Program-made: the position numbers and the translations under genes
NCBI GenBank assembly: GCA_965217115.1
Contig: OZ244239.1
Span: 448,001-512,000 of the forward strand
Direction of reading: 5' to 3'
From: Bdellovibrionales bacterium
GTDB taxonomy: Bacteria > Bdellovibrionota > Bdellovibrionia > Bdellovibrionales > CAYMLA01
DNA length: 64,000 nucleotides
The notes under the pieces: generated by a model
Seen by the model: only the letters and a program-made list of their open reading frames with translations
What the model was told of the DNA's origin: nothing
Databases searched by the model: none
Part shown: positions 47,516 to 57,892 of the stretch, one piece after another
Layout: every line of letters begins with the position of its first letter
Numbering within the stretch: the first letter of the stretch is position 1

Positions 47516-49828
47516 GTGCAAAATAATAAAGACAAATTTAACCAGGAGGCCCTAGAGTATCACAGCAAGGCACCAGCTGGAAAAATAGAAGTGAATTGTA
47601 CTAAATCCTGCGACACCGAAAGAGACCTCTCCCTTGCCTATAGCCCTGGAGTTGCAATACCCTGCCTCGAAATAGCCAAAAACCCAAAAGCAGCCTACGA
47701 TTACACCGCAAAAGCCAATCTTGTCGCCGTCATCTCCAACGGAACAGCCGTTTTAGGACTGGGAGACATCGGAGCCTTAGCCTCCAAGCCTGTCATGGAA
47801 GGAAAGGGGATTCTTTTTAAAAAATTCGCTAATTTAGACGTTTTTGATATTGAAGTTAACACAAAGGATGTCAATGAATTTGTCTCAACTGTTTCCAAAT
47901 TAGAACCCACTTTCGGGGGTATTAATTTAGAAGACATCAAAGCCCCAGAATGTTTTGAAATAGAAAAACAGCTTAACCAAATGCTTAATATTCCTGTCTT
48001 TCACGATGATCAGCACGGAACTGCTATTATCTCAGGAGCCGCTCTTATAAATGCCTGCCTCCTCACAAAACAAAAATTAGAAAACCTCAAACTCGTTGTC
48101 AACGGCGCTGGAGCTGCGGCCATTGCCTGTTCAAATATATTTCTCACCCTTGGAGTAAAGAGAGAAAATCTCATCATGTGTGATTCCAAGGGAGTTATCT
48201 ACAAGGGCAGAAAAAAAGGCATGAACCCCTATAAAGAGCCCTTTGCCAATGACACTTCAGCCCGCACTCTAGAGGAAGCACTCAACGGAGCCCATTGTTT
48301 TGTTGGGCTTAGTGTCGCTGGAGCACTCACACCGGAGATGTTAAAAAACATGGCGCCATCGCCCATCGTTATGGCCATGGCTAATCCTCATCCTGAAATT
48401 TTACCTTCAGATGCACTCAAAGTTCGCAAAGATGTTATTATTGCTACTGGTCGGAGTGATTTTCCCAACCAAGTCAATAATGTGCTCGGTTTCCCTTATA
48501 TTTTCCGCGGGGCGCTTGATGTTCGTGCAACTGCAATCAATGAAGAAATGAAAGCCGCTGCCGTCCACGCCATCGCCGAACTTACTAGACAAGATGTTCC
48601 TGAAAAAGTCTCTGAAGCCTATGGCGGGCAAGAGTTTCACTTTGGCCCTAAGTATATTATTCCAAAACCCTTCGATGAAAGAGTTCTTCTATGGGTTGCC
48701 CCTGCCGTGGCTAAAGCTGCCATGGACACTGGTGTTGCCCAGAAATCCATTAAAAACTTCAAAGCCTACCGTGAGCATTTAGAAGGCATGCAAGGACCAG
48801 TGAAAAAGTTTGTGCGCTCATCGATCAACAAGATCAAGTCCTCGTGCCGACGACACAAACATCCACTCCCCCGCATTATTTTTCCAGATGGCTCCAGTTC
48901 TAAAATCCTCAAAGCCCTCTCTTCCATTGCCAACGAAAATATCTGTCAACCCATTCTACTCGGACAGCCTTCAGTTATTCTCAAAAAGATAGAGGAGTTA
49001 GAACTCAAGTCTTTAGAAAAAATCCTCATTATAAATCCTGTCGAAGACCTTCGCTTTAAAGAATTTTCTCAAAAATTTTATAAAATAAGGCACCGCAAAG
49101 GAATACTCTACAGTGAAGCAAGAAAATTCATCTCAAGGCCAACCTACTTCGGTGCTATGCTCGTCAAAGAAGGACACGCTGAAGGCCTCGTCACAGGCGC
49201 CTTAAGCAACTATGCCGAAAGTGTTAAGCCTTTGCTTCAGGTTTTTGGCACAAACCAAGATCAACTGGCTACTGGGATAAACTTTGTCTTTCACAATGAT
49301 CGTCTCATTATGTTTGCCGACACAACAGTAAATATTAACCCCTCAGCTGAACAAATTGCCAAAATTGCTGAGCAATGCTCTCAATTGATGCGCTACTTAG
49401 AATTAAAACCTAAAATTGCCATGGTTAGTTATTCCAACTTTTCTGGCAAGGGTGAGTCGCCTTCGAAAATGCAAAAAGCCACCGCGATTATCAAAAATAA
49501 GTTTCCCGATCTCACTGTCGATGGAGAGATGCAAGCCGACACTGCCATCAATGGTGACATCACAAAAAGGCTCTTCCCCTTCTCCAAGGTTCAAGGTGGA
49601 GCCAATATTCTTCTCTTTCCCAATCTAGATTCAGCAAATATCTCGTATAAACTCGTTCAACAACTCAGTGAAGCTAAGGTCATGGGACCATTTTTGATGG
49701 GTGTCACTGAACCTGCCAATGTTCTACAAAGAACCTCTGACGTGGAAAATATTATCAACTCCATCGTTATGACAGTCCTTGAAGCTGAAACAGTAAGAGC
49801 TGTTCGACGACAGTTTAAGAATAAATAA
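47516..49828 (+). CDS. maeB: NADP-dependent malic enzyme with PTA-like domain
   Basis: LSLAYSPGVA, KPVMEGK, FHDDQHGTA, GRSDFPNQVNN; C-terminal DGEMQAD. Confidence 0.95.
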   Translation: MQNNKDKFNQEALEYHSKAPAGKIEVNCTKSCDTERDLSLAYSPGVAIPCLEIAKNPKAAYDYTAKANLVAVISNGTAVLGLGDIGALASKPVMEGKGILFKKFANLDVFDIEVNTKDVNEFVSTVSKLEPTFGGINLEDIKAPECFEIEKQLNQMLNIPVFHDDQHGTAIISGAALINACLLTKQKLENLKLVVNGAGAAAIACSNIFLTLGVKRENLIMCDSKGVIYKGRKKGMNPYKEPFANDTSARTLEEALNGAHCFVGLSVAGALTPEMLKNMAPSPIVMAMANPHPEILPSDALKVRKDVIIATGRSDFPNQVNNVLGFPYIFRGALDVRATAINEEMKAAAVHAIAELTRQDVPEKVSEAYGGQEFHFGPKYIIPKPFDERVLLWVAPAVAKAAMDTGVAQKSIKNFKAYREHLEGMQGPVKKFVRSSINKIKSSCRRHKHPLPRIIFPDGSSSKILKALSSIANENICQPILLGQPSVILKKIEELELKSLEKILIINPVEDLRFKEFSQKFYKIRHRKGILYSEARKFISRPTYFGAMLVKEGHAEGLVTGALSNYAESVKPLLQVFGTNQDQLATGINFVFHNDRLIMFADTTVNINPSAEQIAKIAEQCSQLMRYLELKPKIAMVSYSNFSGKGESPSKMQKATAIIKNKFPDLTVDGEMQADTAINGDITKRLFPFSKVQGGANILLFPNLDSANISYKLVQQLSEAKVMGPFLMGVTEPANVLQRTSDVENIINSIVMTVLEAETVRAVRRQFKNK

Positions 49829-49970
49829 AGCCTCTGCTTAGAAAAAAAATGTAACCATTCAGCGTGTGTTTCAAAGTATTCGCTGAATAGCTACAAAAAG
49901 AAAAGCCTGGGAAAATCTACTTATTCACAGGCTCTCATTTATCAGTAAAATAAAAGGTCAGGATTCTCTT

Positions 49971-50369
49971 CTAAGGAGAACTTTCAGAAGAACCTTGGTC
50001 TAAATTACCATTTCCTGTTCTAGGTGGCAGACCACCTTGACCTGGAATTAGAGTTGCTTCACTTTTTTTTACAGCCGAGGCTCCATTACCAGAGCCGCTT
50101 GTTTGAACACCAGCAGATAGGGTATTATCAGCTGCTGGAGTCTTTGTATTTTCAGTAAAATCTATATGAGGTAAGCACCATACAATCAATTGGGCACGAG
50201 ACTTAACATTCATTTTCTTATAAATGTTTGTCAGGTGGAATTTCACAGTTTTTTCCGTCACAAAAAGTTGGCTGGCAACTTCTTTGTTAGACAAACCCTT
50301 AGAAACCAACCCGGCAACCTCTGCCTCACGATTAGACAAACCACTTTTTATTAACACGTCTCTGAGCAT
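49971..50369 (-). CDS. Stand-alone LuxR-type HTH regulator
   Basis: LSNREAEVAGLVSKGLSNKEVASQLFVTEKTVKFHLTNIYKKMNVKSRAQL; GGGAG RBS before ATG 50369. Confidence 0.9.
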   Translation of the reverse strand: MLRDVLIKSGLSNREAEVAGLVSKGLSNKEVASQLFVTEKTVKFHLTNIYKKMNVKSRAQLIVWCLPHIDFTENTKTPAADNTLSAGVQTSGSGNGASAVKKSEATLIPGQGGLPPRTGNGNLDQGSSESSP

Positions 50370-50638
50370 CCTTGCTCCCCCCAGTATTAAGTCATATTTT
50401 TTAGCCTGCCACCCGAAAACCATATCAAGAGCATAACCTGTCTAAAAGTCTTACAGCTTCTGAAATATTACGCAAGTGAATAGCTCTTATATTTCCCAAA
50501 CTGGACTGGAAACCGTGGTCTCCATTTTCAAAACAGGCTAGCATCCAGATAAACAGGGGAAACCTCCAGAATAAGACTTTTGCTGCAGTGCAGTAATGTC
50601 CGTGTCTGATTAAAGATTATGCAAATAATAACAGCCAT

Positions 50639-52930
50639 CTATGGACAGAATTTTTTCTCTAGCCCTTCAATGATTTTATCAATTTTTGGATGGGGAGCAA
50701 CACTGAAAATATCCTCTATCTGGTTCCCCCAGGTATGGGCACGGGCCCACTTTACCTCCAATTTCCAAGAAAAAAGGGCATTCACCGCAGCCACCAGAAG
50801 CCCCTGTTGATCTTTTCCACGAAAACTTATAATCACTTCATTTTTATCACGATGGGTGATCGTGATTCGATCAAAAAATATCTGCCCTAGTTTATTCAAG
50901 CCCGATGTCTTTAATCTCAGTATCTTTTCTAATTGTTCAGGAGATTTACCTGTTTTTACTCGAAACCAATCATAGACTCCATACTTTCCATCAGAGTTTA
51001 TGCAAGCATGACTAATGTTACAGCCCGATACATACAATTTTGTTACAAAATCCGCCAAAACCTCATTTGCCTCTGTATGGCTATGCAAACGAATCCAAAT
51101 ATCGTTCTGTTTTACACGCACAACCAAAGGCGGTAAACTCTTCACTCTTGCGTATTTCTCTAAATCAAGACTATCCTGCAATAATATATCGACAGATATT
51201 TCCGATAGCACTGTCTTATCAATCATGGCAAAGATAGGTTCCACTTCTACTTGTTTCTTATTTGCCAATTGCCTCAGTGATACAGCCTTTCTGGTCGCAT
51301 TCTCTTCCATCGTCTTCATCAGGTCATAGAGCAGCCTCTCTTTCCAAGAGTTCCAAGCATCAGGGTTGGTCGCTCGAATATCAATAAGAGTGAATACTCC
51401 AAGCCTTATCAATCTCTTCCCTTTAACCCCTTTTGCACTCAACTCTTGCCAAGTTTGCGGAGATTCAGGGTTTTGTCTAAAAGCGGCCTTAGATAGTAAG
51501 AGATGATTTTTCACCAACCAACACACTTCATTGGCTAATTTGTCAGGGAAACCAAACTTTTTGAAATCTCTTTTCACTATTTTTTCACCAACAATAGCAT
51601 GATCCCCCTCCAAGCCCTTTGCTATGTCGTGGTAAAGAGCCGTCCACATCAAGATTTCCCAATCATCTTTTGATAGAGAAAATTCCCGGAGTAAACCCAT
51701 ACTCTTCTTAGGACTCTTATAAACCCGCCGCACCTCACGCATCGCCTGCATAATGTGGGTGTCTGCCGTAAAGCGATGATACTGATCATGCTGCACCCAT
51801 CCAGTTAATCTTTTAATATCAGGAAAACAATACTGCATTAAGTGTGACCTAAAGAGAGCTACAATATATCTATCTTTATGATAAACGCCCATGGCCTTTT
51901 TCAGAATCTTTCCTAGCTTCCTACCCGTTACCTTCTCACCCAAAGTAGGAAGAAAATGGCGAATCCTATTCTGCATTAGAATAGAGTAATCTTCCTCCAA
52001 GTACTCAAAGCACCACTGCAAAGATGTTAAATCTTTTTGAGTATAGGTTTCCAATTTGTTCTGAGATGCCAGAGCGCTCTGCGTAATCCAATCGGTGTAG
52101 AAACTCACGCGAGAGAGACCCTTCTGCACCTCTCTCATAAAATCACGGGGCTCTTCATACTGAAACCAATCACTCAACTCTCTCTGATCTTGAGCCATTA
52201 ATATATCTACTTTCTCCATTAAATGAAGTCTCTGCCGAATCGTTAGAAAAAAAGCCTGATAATATCGCAAAACCTCCAGAGCATGATAAATTTGAGGGAA
52301 TTTTTCTTGAGCTAACTCATAGGTCATCAACGCCTGCTGTATATCTCTTAAACCACCATAGCCGTATTTCAAATTAGGCTCTAAGAAATTATCAATAGAA
52401 TCATAGCGCAATCTTCTCTCTTTTCTCTCAACACCCATGGCCTTAACCAAGCTCTTAATAAAAGATTTTTCTCTAGACCAAATTTTTTCTTGCTGCTCAA
52501 ACAAAGAGCGAGCGGCCAAGGGCTCCAAAGGTCGCGCCGATAGGAGAGCTATAATATCATGCATCCCTACGCCTTGAGTCCAATCTTGAATGTCCTCTGG
52601 CATACGATAACGAATCTTCAAGCCCTGTTCATTAAGATTATCTACTACTTGTGAAACCGCTTCTTCACGACCTACAAATAAAAGATCCACATCACTATTG
52701 GGACACAATTCCCCACGAGCATAAGAGCCTAGAGCAATGGGAGCTGATTCCTCCCAGAGGGGATGTTGCCGTAGTTTTTTGTCGAGACGCAATTCTAACC
52801 AGCGGGAAAAAGGTTCATTGGATAAATGACGGCGAGTCCGCAAATTCCCTCGGGGAGAAGTCACGGGCGAACGCAAAACCCCTTGGGCAATAAGAAACTC
52901 TTGTTCATTTAAGAAAGTGTTTTTTGCCAT
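50639..52930 (-). CDS. glnD: PII uridylyltransferase/uridylyl-removing enzyme
   Basis: GSYARGELCPNSDVDLL, EPNLKYGYGGLRD, HD motif YHDIAKG, C-terminal ACT-like DQQGLL. Confidence 0.88.
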   Translation of the reverse strand: MAKNTFLNEQEFLIAQGVLRSPVTSPRGNLRTRRHLSNEPFSRWLELRLDKKLRQHPLWEESAPIALGSYARGELCPNSDVDLLFVGREEAVSQVVDNLNEQGLKIRYRMPEDIQDWTQGVGMHDIIALLSARPLEPLAARSLFEQQEKIWSREKSFIKSLVKAMGVERKERRLRYDSIDNFLEPNLKYGYGGLRDIQQALMTYELAQEKFPQIYHALEVLRYYQAFFLTIRQRLHLMEKVDILMAQDQRELSDWFQYEEPRDFMREVQKGLSRVSFYTDWITQSALASQNKLETYTQKDLTSLQWCFEYLEEDYSILMQNRIRHFLPTLGEKVTGRKLGKILKKAMGVYHKDRYIVALFRSHLMQYCFPDIKRLTGWVQHDQYHRFTADTHIMQAMREVRRVYKSPKKSMGLLREFSLSKDDWEILMWTALYHDIAKGLEGDHAIVGEKIVKRDFKKFGFPDKLANEVCWLVKNHLLLSKAAFRQNPESPQTWQELSAKGVKGKRLIRLGVFTLIDIRATNPDAWNSWKERLLYDLMKTMEENATRKAVSLRQLANKKQVEVEPIFAMIDKTVLSEISVDILLQDSLDLEKYARVKSLPPLVVRVKQNDIWIRLHSHTEANEVLADFVTKLYVSGCNISHACINSDGKYGVYDWFRVKTGKSPEQLEKILRLKTSGLNKLGQIFFDRITITHRDKNEVIISFRGKDQQGLLVAAVNALFSWKLEVKWARAHTWGNQIEDIFSVAPHPKIDKIIEGLEKKFCP

Positions 52931-55395
52931 TGAGCTATCTTATTTATTGCCTCTAGTGGTGTAATACTCTGTAAAGACATGTCCTTTATCGCTTTCAATA
53001 ATTCTTTATGCTCTGAAGACAGACTCTCCACATCGATGTAATCAGTGGTCTCTAAATCAGAAGATAATTCCATTTGATTTTGTTCCTGATGGCCTTCTAG
53101 TTGATGAAGGATTGTTTTAGCTCTCTTTGTTACAAGAGATGGTAACCCAGCTAATTGCCCCACCTGTATTCCATAGGATTTATTCGCCGGCCCCTTAGAC
53201 AAGGTATAGAGAAAATGAATCTGCCCTTTATCCTCAGTGATTGACATATGTTTATTACGCACTTGTGGAAAGAGATCTGCTAATTTTGTCAACTCATGGT
53301 AATGGGTCGCAAACAAGGTCATCGCTCGACACTGGCCCATCAAATATTCTAAAATAGCTTGTGCTAAACTCATTCCATCATAGGTGCTTGTTCCACGTCC
53401 CACTTCATCCAACACCACAAGAGACTTCACCGTTGCTCTGTCTAACATCTCCGCTGTCTCTTTCATTTCCACCATAAAGGTCGACATCCCCTCAGCCAAA
53501 AAGTCACTGGAGCCAATACGGGTAAAGATACAATCAAAGAGGGGCAATCTCGCCTCTTTAGCTGGAACAAATAATCCTGTCTGAGCCATAAGGCCTATCA
53601 CCGCTACCTGTCTCATTAACGTGCTCTTACCAGCCATGTTTGGACCAGTTAACAAAAGGCAATGATGGGGGTCCAAAGAAATATCGTTTGCAACAAAGGA
53701 TTTTCTCACCATCTGTTCAACCACAGGGTGTCGAGAAGATTTCAAAGATAAACTTCGATCAGAGACAAAAGAAGGTCGACAGTAATCATGTTCCACCGCT
53801 AACCAAGCTGATGAACTCAGCACGTCCAATTCACTCCAGCGTCTTGTTAAGAGTAGTAACTCCGGAATATAACAAAGAATATGCTTTTTCAATTCTTCAA
53901 AATACTGAAACTCAAGATCGCTTTTTTTACTCTTAGCTGAAAGAATTTTATTTTCTAGCTCCTGTAATTCTTCAATGATGTATCTTTCCGCATTCACCAG
54001 AGTTTGCTTACGCACATAATGGGATGGTACTTTAGCCTGATGAGTTTTTGTCACCTCAATGTAATAACCAAAAACATTGTTATAACGGATCTTTAAACTG
54101 CTGATCCCTGTTTGTTTTCTTTCACGAGCTTCTAGTTCTTGTAAACATTTCTGACTATTTGAAGTCAATAATATCAATTCATCTAATTGAGACGAGAAAC
54201 CCTCTTTCGTGAAAAAGCCATTTTTTGTCGAGATGGGTGGCTCAGTAATAATTTGCTTCTCAATACTCTCAATAAGGTTGTTGGCGATTTGTAACCTTTC
54301 TGGTGATGGTTTTAAATTTGCAAAGGCGATATGACTCACCTCTATGCCCGCCCTCAAAGAACTGGCTAGGGCTAAAAAATCACGAGGATTACAATTAGGA
54401 TTAGATATTTTACCCAAACGCCTCTCTATATCTCCCATCTTCGAAAGAACATTACGCACTTGTTTCAGTGCTGGGAGATCTTGTAACCAACACTCAACCC
54501 CGTCCAGACGAGCTTCAATCTCCTCCTTACCAATGAGAGGAAAACTAAGCCAATTCTTTAATAATCTTGCCCCTGCCGATGTTTTCGTCCGATCAATAGC
54601 ATGGAAAAGACTCCCCTTTTTCTCACCCCGATATGTCTCAAAAATTTCTAAATGACGAATCACCAAGGGTGACAATTCCAAGCGATGTTCTAGTTCTCTA
54701 CATTCAAAGGAACCAACAGATTTTAAAACACTCTCACCCTGCATATAGGCCGCGTAGGATAACAGTCTCTGAGCACAAGACGGTAACTCTGCACTCGTCT
54801 CATTTATTTTATGATATGTAATGATCGGTCCATCGAGAGAATGGCTTTTCAAATTTTTCTTGCTCTCCTCCTCTCCTAAAACCATTTCACTAGGACTCAA
54901 GGTTGCGATCAATCTCTTGCGGATTGCCGAGTGATCGGTCAGGTAATAAAAAGCCTCTCCTGTAGTGATTTCTAAGAAAGCAATCGCCCGGGCATCATAA
55001 CTACACATGTAATTTGGTTTCAAACTATCAAGAGTCTCTGGGTCGTAAACCATCCCAGGACTTAGAATACGTGTCACCGCCCTTTTAACAATTCCTTTAG
55101 CTTGTTTGGGGTCTTCTATTTGGTCGCATATTGCCACTTTGTAACCCGCGGCGAGAAGTTTATTGATCGGACCTGCAATACTGTGATGGGGCACTCCACA
55201 CAAGGGCGTGTTATCTCCCCCTTTTTTATTACGCGAAGTCAGAGCGGCACCTATAATCGGGGATGCAGTGATGGCATCATCGTGAAACATTTCAAAAAAA
55301 TCACCCATCCGAAACAAAAGGACTTTGTCCTTATGGGCATTCTTAATATCCCAAAACTGCTGCATCATTGGTGTTAAACCGATTTTCCCAGCCAC
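52909..55395 (-). CDS. mutS: DNA mismatch repair protein MutS
   Basis: TPMMQQF, FRMGDFFE, TGPNMAGKST, STFMVEM, DEVGRGTST, ATHYHEL. Confidence 0.97.
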   Translation of the reverse strand: MAGKIGLTPMMQQFWDIKNAHKDKVLLFRMGDFFEMFHDDAITASPIIGAALTSRNKKGGDNTPLCGVPHHSIAGPINKLLAAGYKVAICDQIEDPKQAKGIVKRAVTRILSPGMVYDPETLDSLKPNYMCSYDARAIAFLEITTGEAFYYLTDHSAIRKRLIATLSPSEMVLGEEESKKNLKSHSLDGPIITYHKINETSAELPSCAQRLLSYAAYMQGESVLKSVGSFECRELEHRLELSPLVIRHLEIFETYRGEKKGSLFHAIDRTKTSAGARLLKNWLSFPLIGKEEIEARLDGVECWLQDLPALKQVRNVLSKMGDIERRLGKISNPNCNPRDFLALASSLRAGIEVSHIAFANLKPSPERLQIANNLIESIEKQIITEPPISTKNGFFTKEGFSSQLDELILLTSNSQKCLQELEARERKQTGISSLKIRYNNVFGYYIEVTKTHQAKVPSHYVRKQTLVNAERYIIEELQELENKILSAKSKKSDLEFQYFEELKKHILCYIPELLLLTRRWSELDVLSSSAWLAVEHDYCRPSFVSDRSLSLKSSRHPVVEQMVRKSFVANDISLDPHHCLLLTGPNMAGKSTLMRQVAVIGLMAQTGLFVPAKEARLPLFDCIFTRIGSSDFLAEGMSTFMVEMKETAEMLDRATVKSLVVLDEVGRGTSTYDGMSLAQAILEYLMGQCRAMTLFATHYHELTKLADLFPQVRNKHMSITEDKGQIHFLYTLSKGPANKSYGIQVGQLAGLPSLVTKRAKTILHQLEGHQEQNQMELSSDLETTDYIDVESLSSEHKELLKAIKDMSLQSITPLEAINKIAQWQKTLS

Positions 55396-55661
55396 TAGAA
55401 ATCTCCTTCTTCAACTCGTGCAACGTAGTATAAATGCCCATCATTATCAGCTACTTTCTAGGGGCGTACTGCTAAATAGGCAGGTTCCAACATCGTTTTG
55501 AGTCTTTTTGACACGCAGCGTCTTTTAATTGGTTGTCATTTCCTCTGTAAATGGGGATAAAGGGTGGAGTTCACGGTTATGAATACGGATCATTCGTGTT
55601 TAGTATCACTGGCTTGTTAGATTTTGTTTCTTAGAACTTCATTAATCAAAAAGGTTTTTCC

Positions 55662-56228
55662 ATGAAAAAAAATACACTCGTTTTAGCTTCGCTTCTTATT
55701 TTTAGTTTTTCACTTGCTCAACAAAAAACTGTCTCTCTCAAAGAGAGCTCCTTTAAATGGACTGCCTCTAAGAAACTCGGCAGCAAGCACTACGGGAAAA
55801 TTTTCCTTAACTCAGCCAAGTGGGATGAAGCAAGGGGAGAATTACAAAGAGCTGAGTTTATCATAAATATGAAAACCTTCACTGTCGATGATCTCGATGG
55901 CACTTGGAAGGGAAAATTTCTCGCACACGTTAAAAGCAAAGATTTTTTTGAAGTTTCCAAATATCCCGAAGCAAAATTAATTATTAATAAAAAAACAAAG
56001 GAAAATGCGACAGGTTCTTTAACTATTAAAGGAAAAACTCATCCCGTTAAGGTTAATATTACCAGCATAGCTAAGAATAAAAACAAAACAACTTATAAAG
56101 GGAAAATGACTTTTGATCGCACAAAATTTAACATAATCTATAATTCAGGTAACTTTTTTAAAAATCTCACCGCTAAAAAAATTATCAATGACAACATCGA
56201 TGTGAACTTTAAGGTAGTGATTCAATAA
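55662..56228 (+). CDS. yceI: YceI-family periplasmic protein
   Basis: Signal peptide; HVKSKDFFEVSKYPEA, GSLTIKGKT, DRTKF. Confidence 0.88.
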   Translation: MKKNTLVLASLLIFSFSLAQQKTVSLKESSFKWTASKKLGSKHYGKIFLNSAKWDEARGELQRAEFIINMKTFTVDDLDGTWKGKFLAHVKSKDFFEVSKYPEAKLIINKKTKENATGSLTIKGKTHPVKVNITSIAKNKNKTTYKGKMTFDRTKFNIIYNSGNFFKNLTAKKIINDNIDVNFKVVIQ

Positions 56229-56267
56229 TACCTTATTAATCTCTTCTCTTAAAGCACGATTAAATGG

Positions 56268-57281
56268 TTACGGTAACTCCTTCATACTGTGAATCGACAT
56301 TATCCTCTCTTTAAAATAAGAAAAACTCATATTAAAATAACCCAAATCTCCATGAACCTCTCCATAGGAGTTTCTAATTCTTAGATATTCAATCTGCCCA
56401 TCTTCTTTTAATTTATAACCCACAACCAACACTGCATGTCCGACTACACTTGTTATCGGCTTTATTGAGAACACTTTCATCCTACCACTAGAAGATATCA
56501 CATCATTGTTTGTCGTATTATAACTCAAAAACATCCCTTTGTTTTTATCAACAAGATCAATAATACGGGTTTCTAATTGACCCACCTGGTTTGGTTCAAA
56601 AACTAATTGGAAATTCTTCGGTTTAAAAAAATCCATGGGGAAAATATCTTCATAGGATCTTGCCAATTTCTGAATTTTAATGATTTCATCCCTTTTTATC
56701 TCATTTAAATACTTCATTAAACTCTGATGTAATTCTTTCCCTGTGATCTCTCCCCAATTAAGAGAGGTCATTTTTTTTGATAAAAACTCTTCCATTTTAG
56801 TTAATCTTAAATTTTCAGCAGCTATATAGGCTCCCCTCTTCAAACTCTGGTCAAAGAGAAAAACACCCTCTTCTTTCATTATTTTCAAAACCTCTTCCGC
56901 CCTGCCATAAGTAATAATATCGGGCCTCTCACCCACGTCTAATACCAAGCCATCCTCGAGGCTCTTTTTAATTGAATTTTCCCATTCTAAAAAGTCTGAC
57001 TTCATCCTGCTTTTTATCAACTCAGCAAATAACAATACCCTAGAGATGACAATGTCATTTCCATACTTACGACTTAAAGCATTCTCCATATGCGCTACAG
57101 ATGCCTCAAAGTAACAAGTTCCCCGACATTGCTGAACGGCTCTATAACGAGCTATTTGTATGTTGTTCTCTGAAAGTCGAAAGAGATCCTTACAGTTATT
57201 GGCCCACAACGATTGACAGCTGATCAATAAATAGACAGTTAGAAACCGTTTAAAGATAGGGTTCTTCAAGAAAAATCTCAT
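56268..57281 (-). CDS. Exported papain-like (C1) cysteine peptidase
   Basis: QQCRGTCYF, GHAVLVVGY, IRNSYG, GYF. Likely start ATG 57281. Confidence 0.8.
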   Translation of the reverse strand: MRFFLKNPIFKRFLTVYLLISCQSLWANNCKDLFRLSENNIQIARYRAVQQCRGTCYFEASVAHMENALSRKYGNDIVISRVLLFAELIKSRMKSDFLEWENSIKKSLEDGLVLDVGERPDIITYGRAEEVLKIMKEEGVFLFDQSLKRGAYIAAENLRLTKMEEFLSKKMTSLNWGEITGKELHQSLMKYLNEIKRDEIIKIQKLARSYEDIFPMDFFKPKNFQLVFEPNQVGQLETRIIDLVDKNKGMFLSYNTTNNDVISSSGRMKVFSIKPITSVVGHAVLVVGYKLKEDGQIEYLRIRNSYGEVHGDLGYFNMSFSYFKERIMSIHSMKELP

Positions 57282-57294
57282 AGCTATAGTTATA

Positions 57295-57309
57295 GCAATT
57301 TTAAAGCCA
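57295..57309 (-). promoter_or_regulatory. Sigma54 -24/-12 promoter
   Basis: Minus strand TGGC-TTTAAAA-TTGC, 13 bp upstream of ATG 57281. Confidence 0.55.
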
Positions 57310-57892
57310 TAAAAAGGCTTCTTTGTGATAAATAGTGGAACTGTTCCCAAGAGACTCATCTTGAGGGCTCTCTTTCTAAAACTATCCATGGATAACAGCG
57401 TTGTTACACATGGAGGTCAGTCATAGAAATAGAGGAGATCTGTCTAGTTAACGGAGCATAGTTTTGTAAACCAACCCAGGTTTATTATTATTCGTTTTAA
57501 ACTTTCGAGGGAATTTGTCCAGAATAAATGACCTATTTCTAAACCAACACTTTGGCCTTCCCAGTCTTTCTTTTGTACAATTCCCTTTGATATTACACTA
57601 GAGATCCATTGACTCATTGATTGAATACGTCCTTTTTTTCTAGAGTCTCTCCCAAAAGAATCCAGTTCTTTTCGGCGAGTTTGGCTTGGCGACTTCCATT
57701 GCATTTCTCTGCAATGGAAGGTGACAAACGAATGTTTGAGCAAGAAAAGGGCTGGATTCTTTTGGGAGAGATTCTAGAAAAAAAACAGCTCATCAGAAAA
57801 AACTGGTTCCACTATTGTTTGTCATAAAGAACCTAAAAAGGCTTGCCGCCAAAGGTCTTAACCCCATTGGCTGCAAGATTTTTAAAAATACG

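Noticed and set aside
50370..50638. Riboswitch in the long leader of the LuxR gene
   Set aside because: No recognisable aptamer consensus by eye; an Rfam search would be needed.
57444..57827. Short ORFs, one with ankyrin-like PLHFSAMEG
   Set aside because: Single weak motif, no RBS, conflicting strands; at most a decayed fragment.
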